Assembly: GCF_001194135.2 (NCBI RefSeq)
Contig: NC_069005.1
Coordinates: forward strand, 6,975,042-7,024,312
Length of the DNA: 49,271 nt
From: Octopus bimaculoides
Lineage: Eukaryota
Direction: 5' to 3'
The stretch's first letter is position 1, and every line of letters begins with the position of its first letter. The position numbers and the translations under genes were made by a program. Below are positions 34,318 through 45,010 of the stretch, piece by piece. The notes below the pieces were generated by a model. The model was not told the origin of the DNA. It searched no databases and saw nothing but the letters and a program-made list of their open reading frames with translations.

Positions 34318-35340
34318 TTAAGGAATAGAGTGGTTTTTGCGTTCACAGCACTGGGTAGGAAGGACATCCCAATTGTAGATGTACGATGGCCTCTTTTTAA
34401 TCTGTCGTCGACACAAATGTCCTGTTTTTAGAATATAATCGTGCTTGTCTTGGATATCCTGCATGGATTGTTTGTGGGTAATTAGATAAATATTATTGCA
34501 GCCACGTGATATGAACTCGGTATCGAATCGAGGATCGTGGACACGGTTTATAGACAATGGTGCCAACCACACGCCAACCGAAACGTCTTCGCTGCGGAAG
34601 AGCTGCAGCAGGTTTCTGTTGGTAGCAATGAAATGGATGAGATCTGATGACAGCACGTACCCACCACCGACTGCATAGGGTAAATAACGATCACAAAGTA
34701 CAAATTCCTTCTCCTGCCACTTGCCTTGCTTCTTCACATGGGCTCTTCCATCAAAGAAACCCCAATACAAACGTCTCTTCCCCGAAGATCTTAGTTCTTT
34801 CTCTATGATGTCTAGCCTTACATAAGTGTCTTGGTCGGTTTTGAGCACATATTTGTAGTCGATATTGTTGTCGATCCATATGAAACTTTCCAACACCTTT
34901 AATGTCAGATTCTTATAAGCGTCAACGACCTCCGGTAAAAGGACCAGGTCTTGTTGCAGCAGGTTCTCTTTGAGAAGGTCGTCCCTTGTTTCATTGGTCA
35001 AGTTTCCCGTTCCGATTACGAACCGAGCAAGAATATCATCGGGGACATTGTTGAGCCACGTCTCTCGAATGAGGTTGCGATACTTTCGGTCTTTCGGACC
35101 CGACATGACCAGAACAATGAGGAAACAAGACAGGGTTTGCTGTGTCACGGAATTGACATTTTTCCAGTAAGTTCTACTCTGGAGGTAGCGTATGTCCTGT
35201 CGCAGCTGATTGCCGACAGCATTGTCACAGGTCCACGAACAGAGAGACAGGCAAAGCACCAAACAGAAGGTAACCACAATGCCACATATCAGCACAGTCG
35301 TTCCGTGTCTGGCAGAGAATCTTCGTAGTTTAGACACCAT
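34318..35340 (-). CDS. B3GALT6: Beta-1,3-galactosyltransferase 6 (GT31; GAG linker galactosyltransferase II), single coding exon, 340 aa
   Basis: N-terminal TM segment; RETWL; RFVIGT; KTDQD (DxD); LYWGFFDGRA.VK..GKW.E...LCDRYLPYAVGGGYVLS.DL; SEDVSVGVWL; HDPRFDTEFISRGC; SYIYNWDVLPTQCC. These motifs are diagnostic for B3GALT6, which is also intronless in vertebrates. Confidence 0.96.
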   Translation of the reverse strand: MVSKLRRFSARHGTTVLICGIVVTFCLVLCLSLCSWTCDNAVGNQLRQDIRYLQSRTYWKNVNSVTQQTLSCFLIVLVMSGPKDRKYRNLIRETWLNNVPDDILARFVIGTGNLTNETRDDLLKENLLQQDLVLLPEVVDAYKNLTLKVLESFIWIDNNIDYKYVLKTDQDTYVRLDIIEKELRSSGKRRLYWGFFDGRAHVKKQGKWQEKEFVLCDRYLPYAVGGGYVLSSDLIHFIATNRNLLQLFRSEDVSVGVWLAPLSINRVHDPRFDTEFISRGCNNIYLITHKQSMQDIQDKHDYILKTGHLCRRQIKKRPSYIYNWDVLPTQCCERKNHSIP

Positions 35341-36145
35341 TTGAAAGACTTTGGTGGTTTACGGATCAGCAGATGGAAGACAAATTAAATTATTTACACC
35401 AAATCCATGTCACCTTCAAAAAGAAAAGAAAACAAAGAAACAGATTAACAAACATTTTAAAAATGATATTAAATATTATTATCAGGAATTTATTCTTTTA
35501 CTTGTTTCAGTCATTTTACTGTGGCCATGCTGGAGCACCACCTTTAGCCAGGCAAATCGACCCTAGTACTTATTCTATCGGTTTCTTTCTACAGATGGAT
35601 TCCTTTCAGATGGTGTACATTATGATTCAATCAGAATTTAATATGTGAAAAAAAAAAAAAAAAAAAAATTGCTGGGTGTGAACACATACTGACACATACG
35701 TTGTTTTTTTTTCAAAATTTGAAGTTTCATTTTTGAAGATACATAAATGATGCATGTCTGTATGTATGTATGTGCATCACCATTTTTTGGCTTCTTCATA
35801 TTATATCCCGTTTTGATGATAATCTACATCGTCTAATAGTATTTGTAGAAAATTTCATTAAAAAATATTCATTTTTCTGAAAGTTATGACGACACTAAGC
35901 CGAGACATGAATTATCCAAAACTCCACTTTTTTTATTTTTTACAACAAATTCCGATATAATCATAATCTATGCCATATGAAACGTATTTGTTGAAAATTT
36001 CATTGAGGGAACAAATTTGGGCGGAGTACACTTGTGTAGGTATACACCGTAAAGTTGTCTTTTATTAAAAAGAAACAGGTTCTTATATTAAGAATGGGGA
36101 CGGGACTTCGATGAGAAAATCGTCACTAGGGAAGAATATAATAGT

Positions 36146-36645
36146 GCTGGGCGTCTTCCTCGCCACGCTGCTCTCAATGAAATCATAAAGCATGGCCTAG
36201 ACGCCGCAGGCTTCCCTTCCTAGCTCGAACTCGCGGAATCAGACCGAGGGGGACGTTAAAAGGCCAGGCGGCATGAGAATTTTCCCGTTCCGTGGTGGTG
36301 GCCCCGTCATCTGGGATGTCACATGCTGTGACACCTCAAGCGGCAACCTGGTGTGTGCAGCAGCCGACTCAGGGATTCGCTCTGCTCGTCAGACCGAGAA
36401 GGGTAAACTGTCAAAGTATCGGCCGCTTTCTGATAGATTTGTGATCGAGCCTGTGACAGTGGAGACCTCCGGCGTTGTAGGCCCTCAGGCCACATCCCTG
36501 CTCGCTACTATCGAGGCTGAGATGGCTATCCGCAAGTACGAGCCTCGTGAGTCAGACGAGTGGCTGTTTCGGCACATCTCCCTTCGCCATCGTCCGGGAC
36601 AAAGCCTTTACCATTTTGTCCGCTTGTTCCATGAAGCGGACTGAC
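36146..36645 (+). mobile_element. 5'-truncated, decayed non-LTR retrotransposon with restriction-like endonuclease (CRE-like clade)
   Basis: Across a stop codon and two frameshifts it reads AGRLPRHAALNEIIKHGLDAAGFPS*LE...KRPGGMRIFPF...IWDVTCCDT...KLSKY...EPVTVETSGVVG...WLFRHISL/AIVRDKAFTIL. This matches the RHxxxN...RPDG...WDxT...KxxKY...PxxxET.G...RxSxAxxRGNA pattern of RLE domains. Confidence 0.8.
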
Positions 36646-37949
36646 AAGCCCCTTTCGATACGACTCGTTACTTATTGCTTTATTTAACCAATCATGATTT
36701 AATAAAACATCATTAACATTGCAAGTGATGTAAATTATTAAGCGAAACTTGTCTGACAACCAAAGCCAAAACACAGACATGATTCGCCAGAAGAGAATAA
36801 ATATCGAATACGGAAAAAACTAACAAGTAAAGCCTTTACGTCCTCGCTCAATCTGCAATAAATAGCAGTCAAACTGCTTTCGACTGATACCCAACCATCT
36901 TAGAGTCGGATACATCTGATAAGGAGAAAAGATGGATGGAATAGTCGTAAATGGAATGTCTTTCATCAAATGTCTGTCTCCTTGTTGAAAGCTAACCTGG
37001 GGCTTAATGACAACAAGTGAACATTGAACAAGCAAACGAGGAAGGCTTCTACATGGTTGTCGATTTGCTGGAAATAACAGATAATCTTTCCTCAAATTAA
37101 ACTCTACTGTATTTAAATTTTTTTTTAAAAATAACGACACATCCACATCGAATAATGTAGTACCAGATACACTATAACTGTAAACAAGACGGTATGGTCA
37201 AAACTGGAAAGTCTTTGATCACGTCAACTTCGTCACAAATTACCTAGGGTTAAACAACAACACTTCTACAATGAAGTAACTTTACGTGGTCGTTCGAACA
37301 GCTAGAAATAACAACCAAATCTTCCTCAGATCACACCTTACCATCTTAAAAATAAATAAATAAAAACCATTGACACGCTGACTCATATCGATCTCGAAAC
37401 ATTTCCTAAAATCAAGAAAGGGTGGTCACATCTGGAAAGCATTTCTTTGATCATAAAATATGCTCGATTGGTGGTTGAACAGTGTTAAACATTTCCATAT
37501 TTTACCAGTGTTTCCGTAGTTGTTCTTCTTCGAGAAATGCTATTTTGTGATCCGTTCGTTCATAGCTGAGTATTTCGTCACAGAACATGGAAAAATTCTA
37601 TGAATGAATTAACAGAAAACACACAAACACACACCAGTCTTCCGGAAATTAAAATCATTTCAAAAATGGAAATCGGGAAGTTGAACGTGAAAACAAGAAA
37701 AATGACAATTAGAAACGTTGATTTTGAAAGAGTTGTAATAACAAACAACGTACCTGGGTGGGTGGAAATAAATAAGAAAAGTGGCAGAACAAGGTAGCAG
37801 TTTCGGTTTCTGCCGAGGTGTGTTCTACAATTCCTTCAACAAGGAAGATAACTCTGAATTTACTTACTTCCCTCTTTATAATAAAAAGATGAAAATAAAC
37901 AAATGCTGTTTCCATGCGATCGAATCATGAAGGCGGTGACGGCGGAGGT

Positions 37950-38232
37950 GGGGGGGGACAGAGAAGAAGTTCGTGTGGTGGAGGTGGGGGGGANNNNNNN
38001 NNNNNNNNNNNNNNNNNNNNNNNNNNNTTGACAGAGAAGAAGTTCATGTGGTGGAGGTGGTGGGCGAGAAGAAGTTCGTGTGGTGGAGGTGGGGGGGAAC
38101 GAGAAGTTCGTGTGGTGGAGGTGGGGGGGACCGAGAAGAATTTCGTGTGGTGGAGGTGGGAGGTTGACAGAGAAGAAGTTCATGTGGTGGAGGTGGTGGG
38201 CGAGAAGAAGTTCGTGTGGTGGAGGTGGGGGT
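37950..38232. repeat. G-rich minisatellite, unit about 32-38 bp
   Basis: About seven copies of GAGAAGAAGTTCGTGTGGTGGAGGTGGGGGG, with an internal gap. Confidence 0.88.
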
Positions 38233-38423
38233 GAGGGTTAGTATCAAGATATTTTTCAGTTCAGTCCCCGTAACGTCCAGAGTTCAAATTCCGCTGGGTA
38301 TAACTTCTTTGCCTTTCGTCTTTTCAGGATTATTACAGGGTGGAATTGGATGGGACTCACAATAAGGAAGATGTACTGCATTTTTTACTTTGAGAAATAT
38401 ATTTTTGACAAATGTTCACAAAC

Positions 38424-38631
38424 GGGTAAATTTTCAGATTAACACCCGCATGATTTTCACTAGGGTGTTAGAGTTAGGGTTTTAGGGTTAGGAAATTCTG
38501 TCCCTAACCCTAACCGTAACCCTAACTCTAACCGTAACCGTAACTCTAAACCCTAACCGTAACCCTAAACCCTAACCCTAACCCTAACACCCTAGTGAAA
38601 ATCGTGCAGGTGTTAATCTGAAAATTTACCC
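38424..38631. mobile_element. Foldback DNA element with convergent telomere-type repeats, 6-bp TSD
   Basis: TIR GGGTAAATTTTCAGATTAACACC.GCA.GATTTTCACTAGGGTGTTAG, then TTAGGG-like repeats facing CCCTAA-like repeats; ACAAAC on both flanks. Confidence 0.85.
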
Positions 38632-39165
38632 ACAAACTTACAAAAACTATATTAGCTAAGCAAGTGACCTTCTCTAAATGCTTTAAAAACATTATAAATA
38701 TATCTGAACAATATTTCAGAAAATTATCACCATTCTCTTTGAGCATATAAAAGACAAATTTAGCTGAAGCAAGATGAATAAGCCAAGATAAGGTAAACTT
38801 GCCTCTTCAATTCTCCAGAATTACATTTGAAAACGAACTCATACACATCAATATCCATCCTTAGATATCAGAAAGATCAGAAATGCAACGGAAACGTAAA
38901 ATATCTAAGTCAAATGAAAGAGGTTCATGGAAAAATGGTACATGATATGAAATTAATGAAACTCGACTAAATAAAAAAAAACTCAACTTAAAATATTTCG
39001 ATATAGTTTCTTCACGGTCTCCTGGAGAGGATCTCTTTGGGATATAATTACTAACCATGCAATTAAAGAGAAGAGGTTCCATTGAACCTTGTGGTGTACG
39101 ACCAGTTGAAGCACATGGTGCTGCATTGTTGGTTCTTTTTTTTTTCCTCTTTCTTCCCCATGATA

Positions 39166-39206
<41 letters not shown>

Positions 39207-40989
39207 TTAGTAAATGGAGTAAAACACATATGTTAACTGAATACTTTTTCTCCATTTACTAAATTTATATATTTACTCAAGTACCCAACATNNNNNNNNN
39301 NNNNNNNNNNNNNNNNNNNNNNNNNNNNNNNNNNNNNNNNNNNNNNNNNNNNNNNNNNNNNNNNNNNNNNNNNNNNNNNNNNNNNNNNNNNNNNNNNNNN
39401 NNNNNNNNNNNNNNNNNNNNNNNNNNNNNNNNNNNNNNNNNNNNNNNNNNNNNNNNNNNNNNNNNNNNNNNNNNNNNNNNNNNNNNNNNNNNNNNNNNNN
39501 NNNNNNNNNNNNNNNNNNNNNNNNNNNNNNNNNNNNNNNNNNNNNNNNNNNNNNNNNNNNNNNNNNNNNNNNNNNNNNNNNNNNNNNNNNNNNNNNNNNN
39601 NNNNNNNNNNNNNNNNNNNNNNNNNNNNNNNNNNNNNNNNNNNNNNNNNNNNNNNNNNNNNNNNNNNNNNNNNNNNNNNNNNNNNNNNNNNNNNNNNNNN
39701 NNNNNNNNNNNNNNNNNNNNNNNNNNNNNNNNNNNNNNNNNNNNNNNNNNNNNNNNNNNNNNNNNNNNNNNNNNNNNNNNNNNNNNNNNNNNNNNNNNNN
39801 NNNNNNNNNNNNNNNNNNNNNNNNNNNNNNNNNNNNNNNNNNNNNNNNNNNNNNNNNNNNNNNNNNNNNNNNNNNNNNNNNNNNNNNNNNNNNNNNNNNN
39901 NNNNNNNNNNNNNNNNNNNNNNNNNNNNNNNNNNNNNNNNNNNNNNNNNNNNNNNNNNNNNNNNNNNNNNNNNNNNNNNNNNNNNNNNNNNNNNNNNNNN
40001 NNNNNNNNNNNNNNNNNNNNNNNNNNNNNNNNNNNNNNNNNNNNNNNNNNNNNNNNNNNNNNNNNNNNNNNNNNNNNNNNNNNNNNNNNNNNNNNNNNNN
40101 NNNNNNNNNNNNNNNNNNNNNNNNNNNNNNNNNNNNNNNNNNNNNNNNNNNNNNNNNNNNNNNNNNNNNNNNNNNNNNNNNNNNNNNNNNNNNNNNNNNN
40201 NNCGTAAATAGCACCATTTGAGCATGACCATTATCACATGAAAAAACATTCGAGTGAGATCGTTGCCAGTGCCGCTGGACTGGCTCCTGTGCAGGTGGCA
40301 CATAAAATATACCATTTTGAGCGTGGCTGTTGCCAGTACTGTCTGACTGGCCTTCATGTCGGTGGCACATAAAAGCACCCACTACACTCTCGGAGTGGTT
40401 GGCATTAGGAAGGGCATCCAGCTGTAGAAACTCTGCCAAATCAGATTGGAGCTTGGTGTAGCCATCTGGTTCACCAGTCCTCAGTCAAATCGTCCAACCC
40501 ATGCTAGCAAGGAAAGCGGACGTTAAACGATGATGATGATGATATATACGTGTGTGTGTGTCTGTGTCTGTGTAAAATATATACATATGTTAAAGAACAA
40601 AATACCATCTAAGCATACTGTGTTTGAACATCTGTTACCTGTGCAGGTGATCCATAATCCAATACGTTAGTTTTAATGTTTCTTTTTATTGATGTAAACA
40701 ATTTATAAATACTCTTAAAATAACAATGAGAAAGTTTTATGACATTGTTATATTTTCTCATAATAGAAGTGGATGGGAGGTCCCTTAACATCGGCCCCTT
40801 AACATCGTGTATTTTATACATTCCTAGTTTGAACCTTGATCTTGAGTGAGTAAAAGTGCATGTGATACATAAAGTGTTATGATGGTTAACACAAACATAC
40901 AAACACATACTACATACGTATTATACATAAGTGTATGTGTATATACACATGTGTGGTATATATGTTTGTGTTTGTGTGTGTATATGCAT

Positions 40990-41026
<37 letters not shown>

Positions 41027-41130
41027 CTGTATTCCCGAGCGTTAAACTAATACATCCTTTTGTTGTTTACACCACCTGTCCTCGTCTGTTGTTTTTTTCG
41101 TAAATTCTCCCATATATATATATATATACA

Positions 41131-41852
41131 CCCTAACAGTTGAGGGAACCCGTGGAAGAGGTAGGCCCAGGAAGACCTGGGCTGAGGTGGTGAGGCANNN
41201 NNNNNNNNNNNNNNNNNNNNNNNNNNNNNNNNNNNNNNNNNNNNNNNNNNNNNNNNNNNNNNNNNNNNNNNNNNNNNNNNNNNNNNNNNNNNNNNNNNNN
41301 NNNNNNNNNNNNNNNNNNNNNNNNNNNNNNNNNNNNNNNNNNNNNNNNNNNNNNNNNNNNNNNNNNNNNNNNNNNNNNNNNNNNNNNNNNNNNNNNNNNN
41401 NNNNNNNNNNNNNNNNNNNNNNNNNNNNNNNNNNNNNNNNNNNNNNNNNNNNNNNNNNNNNNNNNNNNNNNNNNNNNNNNNNNNNNNNNNNNNNNNNNNN
41501 NNNNNNNNNNNNNNNNNNNNNNNNNNNNNNNNNNNNNNNNNNNNNNNNNNNNNNNNNNNNNNNNNNNNNNNNNNNNNNNNNNNNNNNNNNNNNNNNNNNN
41601 NNNNNNNNNNNNNNNNNNNNNNNNNNNNNNNNNNNNNNNNNNNNNNNNNNNNNNNNNNNNNNNNNNNNNNNNNNGTAAAAGCACCCACTACACTCTCTGA
41701 GTGGTTGGCGTTAGGAAGGGCATCCAGCTGTAGAAACTCTGCCAAATCAGACTGGAGCCTGGTGTTGCCATCCGGTTTCACCAGTCCTCAGTCAAATCGT
41801 CCAACCCATGCTAGCATGGAAAGCGGACGTTAAACGATGATGATGATGATGA

Positions 41853-41856
<4 letters not shown>
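41131..41856 (+). mobile_element. 5'-truncated RTE-clade LINE 3' end (ORF tail, N gap, 3'UTR, (GAT)n tail)
   Basis: 41133-41195 encodes LTVEGTRGRGRPRKTWAEVVR (GxRxRGRPxxxW, typical of the RTE ORF C-terminus). After the gap (41198-41673) comes the common GGAAGGGCATCC...GTTAAAC(GAT)n repeat. Confidence 0.7.
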
Positions 41857-41899
<43 letters not shown>

Positions 41900-42863
41900 A
41901 ATCATCACCATCATCATTGCCGTCATTAAACATCCATGCCCTATGAACTGGATGATTTGAGAGGACCTGATGAATCCAAGAACTGCATTGTGCCCCAGAG
42001 TCTGTTTTTGCATGGATCCTAAAGCTGGATGTTCTTCCAAACATCAACTGCTTTACAGTGTGTGCTGTGTGTAAGTCATCTAAGTGTCCATAAGTCAGGA
42101 AAAAATGCCTTCATATATCTATCAGCAGAGTGAGTATATTAATCAAAGTGTACAGTATAATATATCCATTACAGCTGATCTTACCAACTGGTTTTGCACT
42201 GGGTATTCAGCAGGGTGTTAGACAATAGTTCAACTATGTAACCCTGAGCTCATCAGAGGTAGCTGTTATGGAAGGAAATATGGTGGCTGCCCCGCTGTTG
42301 TTGGAGGGAGACACACACACACATATATGTAATATGTGTATATATGTATGCATGTATCTACCTATCTGTGTGTGTGTGCTATGGTCTGTTATATAATTTT
42401 TCTCATGCAATTATTTCTAAATCTACTTATTCAATTTTCACATAATTCATTCCAAATTTGTACAGAAACACCCCTACCCATCCAAACATACACAAACACA
42501 CCTGCAGACACACACCTATACACAGTCCTCCATCAGCTGTTCAGTGATCACAATGATTTTAACACCCTCTGACGTCACCACCCTTTCTCGTAGCTCCGAG
42601 CAGTAGTGATACTATCAAAGTCTCTACAGGTTGTTTTATCTTACACTGAATCATACTTTGCTATTTTTACATCTTTCTTGACTCACTCAGACAACAGAAA
42701 CTGGCTGTACACAGCTACAACTACCTTACCATACGGTGGCTATTTCTTTGACCAGAAGTGGAGGAAGATTCATCCGTCATTCTTTCATATTCCTGCTACA
42801 TAATCATTATCATCATCAATAAACAAACGAAGTTTGCTTTTTTAGAAGCGTTGAGATGTCTTT

Positions 42864-43197
42864 TAGAAAGTTAAAGAAGTGATTTTAAATTCTCAATCGC
42901 AGAATAATGCTAATAATATAGCCTGAACAGGATAAACTACCCCTATTTTGCAGAGAAAAGTGTAGGTGGCTAGCTGTGGACTCGAACTCTTATCTTAATT
43001 TGCAGAGGAATTTGTAGTGGGTAGTTTAGCTTAATCGGTCAAAGCATCGTGACATGTAATCACGGGGATGTGAGTTCGAGTCCACAGCTAGCCACCTACA
43101 CTTTTCTCTGCAATATAGGGGTAGTTTATCCTGTTCAGGCTATATTATTAGCGTTATTCTGCGATTGAGAATTTAAAATCACTTCTTTAACTTTCTA
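42864..43197. repeat. 334-bp foldback: 126-bp inverted arms, 82-nt spacer
   Basis: 42864-42989 is the reverse complement of 43072-43197 with 2 mismatches by eye; both ends are TA. Confidence 0.9.
43019..43094 (+). tRNA. Degenerate tRNA-like gene or pseudogene, apparent anticodon TGT (Thr)
   Basis: D-arm GCTT-AATCGGTCA-AAGC, anticodon arm CGTGA-CATGTAA-TCACG, T-loop GTTCGAGTCC, imperfect acceptor stem, TTTT at 43102-43105. The T-stem lacks one base and position 33 is A rather than T. Confidence 0.5.
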
Positions 43198-44582
43198 TTA
43201 TCATCATCATTTAACATCTGTTGTCCATGCTGGCATGGGTTGGATGGTTTGACTGGGCTGGTTTGCTGGAAGGCTGTACCAGGATCCAGTCTGATTTGGT
43301 GTGGTTTTCTATAACTGGATGACCCTTCTTAATACGAACCACTCCGAGAGTGTAATGGGTGCTTTTACGTGCCACCAGCATCTGCCATGACTGCAATTTT
43401 GCTCAGCTTGATGGGTCTTCTTCTCAAGTACAACATAATGCCAAAGGTTTTGGTCATTACCTCTGTGAGGCCCAACATTTGAAATGAACTCAGCTTTACC
43501 TCCCAGCAATTTACCAATCTTTGTTTCTGTGAAATTCCTGCTGTTGCTATAAATATTCTTTCTTATTTTCGCACAAAGCCTACCATTTTAACACTTCAGT
43601 ATGCTGATTTTTTTTTTTTTTTTGTCAAACATATTGCTTATTTATTTATTTATTCACATTGTTTTGAATTAATCACACCATTATTTTGTAGCTTCAAGGT
43701 GGTGAGCTGGCAGAATCATTAGCACACCGGACAAAATCCTTAGCGGTATTTCGCCCATTGCTATGTTCTGAGTTCAAATTCCGCTGTGGTCAACTTTGCC
43801 TTTCATCCTTTCAGGGTCAATAAATTAAGTATCAGTTACACACTGAGGTCAATGTAATTGACTAGTCTCCTCCATCCCACCAAAAAATTACGTGCAACTG
43901 GCATGGGAGCCAGTCAGGGGGAACTGGCATCAGTGACCCCTACCATGTAAAAATCAACCAGTACACTAAACATTTTTCCTTTCTACTTTAGACACAAGGT
44001 CTGAAATTTAGTGGGTGGGGTGGGGGCTTGTCAATTACATTGACTCCAGTTCACAACTGGTACTTGTTTCATTAACCCCAAAAAGATAAAAAGCAAAGTG
44101 GGCCTTGGCAGCATTTGAACTAAGAACTAAGTTCTAAGAATGGAAGAAAAGCCAGTAAGCATTTTGTCTGCTGCTCTAATGATTCTGCCAGTGTATTACC
44201 TTAACTCTGCTCTAAATATGATTTAAAATTTTGGCACAAGGCCTGAAATTTGAGGGGAGGGGACTAGTCGATTACATCAACCCCAGTGTTCAACTGGAAC
44301 TTAATTTATCGACTCTGAAAGAATGAATGGTAAAATTGACTTTGGTGGAATTTGAACTCAGATTGTAAAGGCGGGCAAAATGTCGCTAAGCCTTTTGCTT
44401 GGCATGCTAACAATTCTGCCTTCTTTGCTCTGAATATGAGAGATTAAATGATTATTAAGTCTCGTTCACTTTCATGGATGACTTGGTATTATTCTGTCTC
44501 CTGATAAAGATAGTGAGTGGACAGAATTGTTAGCACAATTGCTAAGGTGGCAAGTTGATGGAAACGTTAGCACAATTGCTAA

Positions 44583-45010
44583 GGTGGCGAGCTGGCAGAA
44601 ACGTTAGCACGCCAGGCAAAATGCTTAGCAGTATTTCGTCTGCCGCTATGTTCTGAGTTCAAATTCCGCCGAGGTTGACTTTGCCTTTCATCCTTTCGGG
44701 GTCGATTAAATAAGTACCAGTTACGTACTAGGGTCGATATAATCAACTTAATCCATTTGTCTGTCCTTGTTTGTCCCCTCTGTGTGTAGCCCCTTGTGGG
44801 CAGTAAAGAAATAAGAATCATTAGCACGCCAGGCGAAATGCTTAGCGGTATTTCATGTCTTTACATTCTGAGTTCAAATTCCGCCAAGGTCAACTTTGTC
44901 TTTCATTCTTTCAGGGTCGATAAATTAAGTACCAGTTGTGTACTGGGGTCAATCTAATCGACTGGTCCCCTCCCCCAAAACTTCGAGCCTTGTGCCTAGA
45001 GTAGAAAAAA
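44583..45010 (+). mobile_element. tRNA-derived SINE (family B, GCCTTTCATCCTTTCGGGGTCGATAAA core), two adjacent copies
   Basis: Head GGCGAGCTGGCAGAA...GAGTTCAAATTCC, conserved core, AAT/ATT-rich tail. Further approximate copies at 15862-16055, 28225-28680, 28930-30200(- array), 43697-44420, 45010-45300, 48735-48970(-). The core resembles the Meta-SINE domain from memory only. Confidence 0.8.

Noticed and set aside
34951-35328. Plus-strand ORFs of 125 and 66 aa
   Set aside because: Antisense to B3GALT6, with no recognisable motifs
36820-37146. 108-aa minus-strand ORF upstream of B3GALT6
   Set aside because: No recognisable domain, and the other frames are closed; cannot be supported as coding
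37860-38247. Pro-rich and Gly/Val-rich ORFs
   Set aside because: Products of the G-rich minisatellite; no splice or homology support
38461-38594. Ancestral telomere-telomere fusion site
   Set aside because: The convergent repeats are short and enclosed by TIRs and a 6-bp TSD, which indicates a transposon
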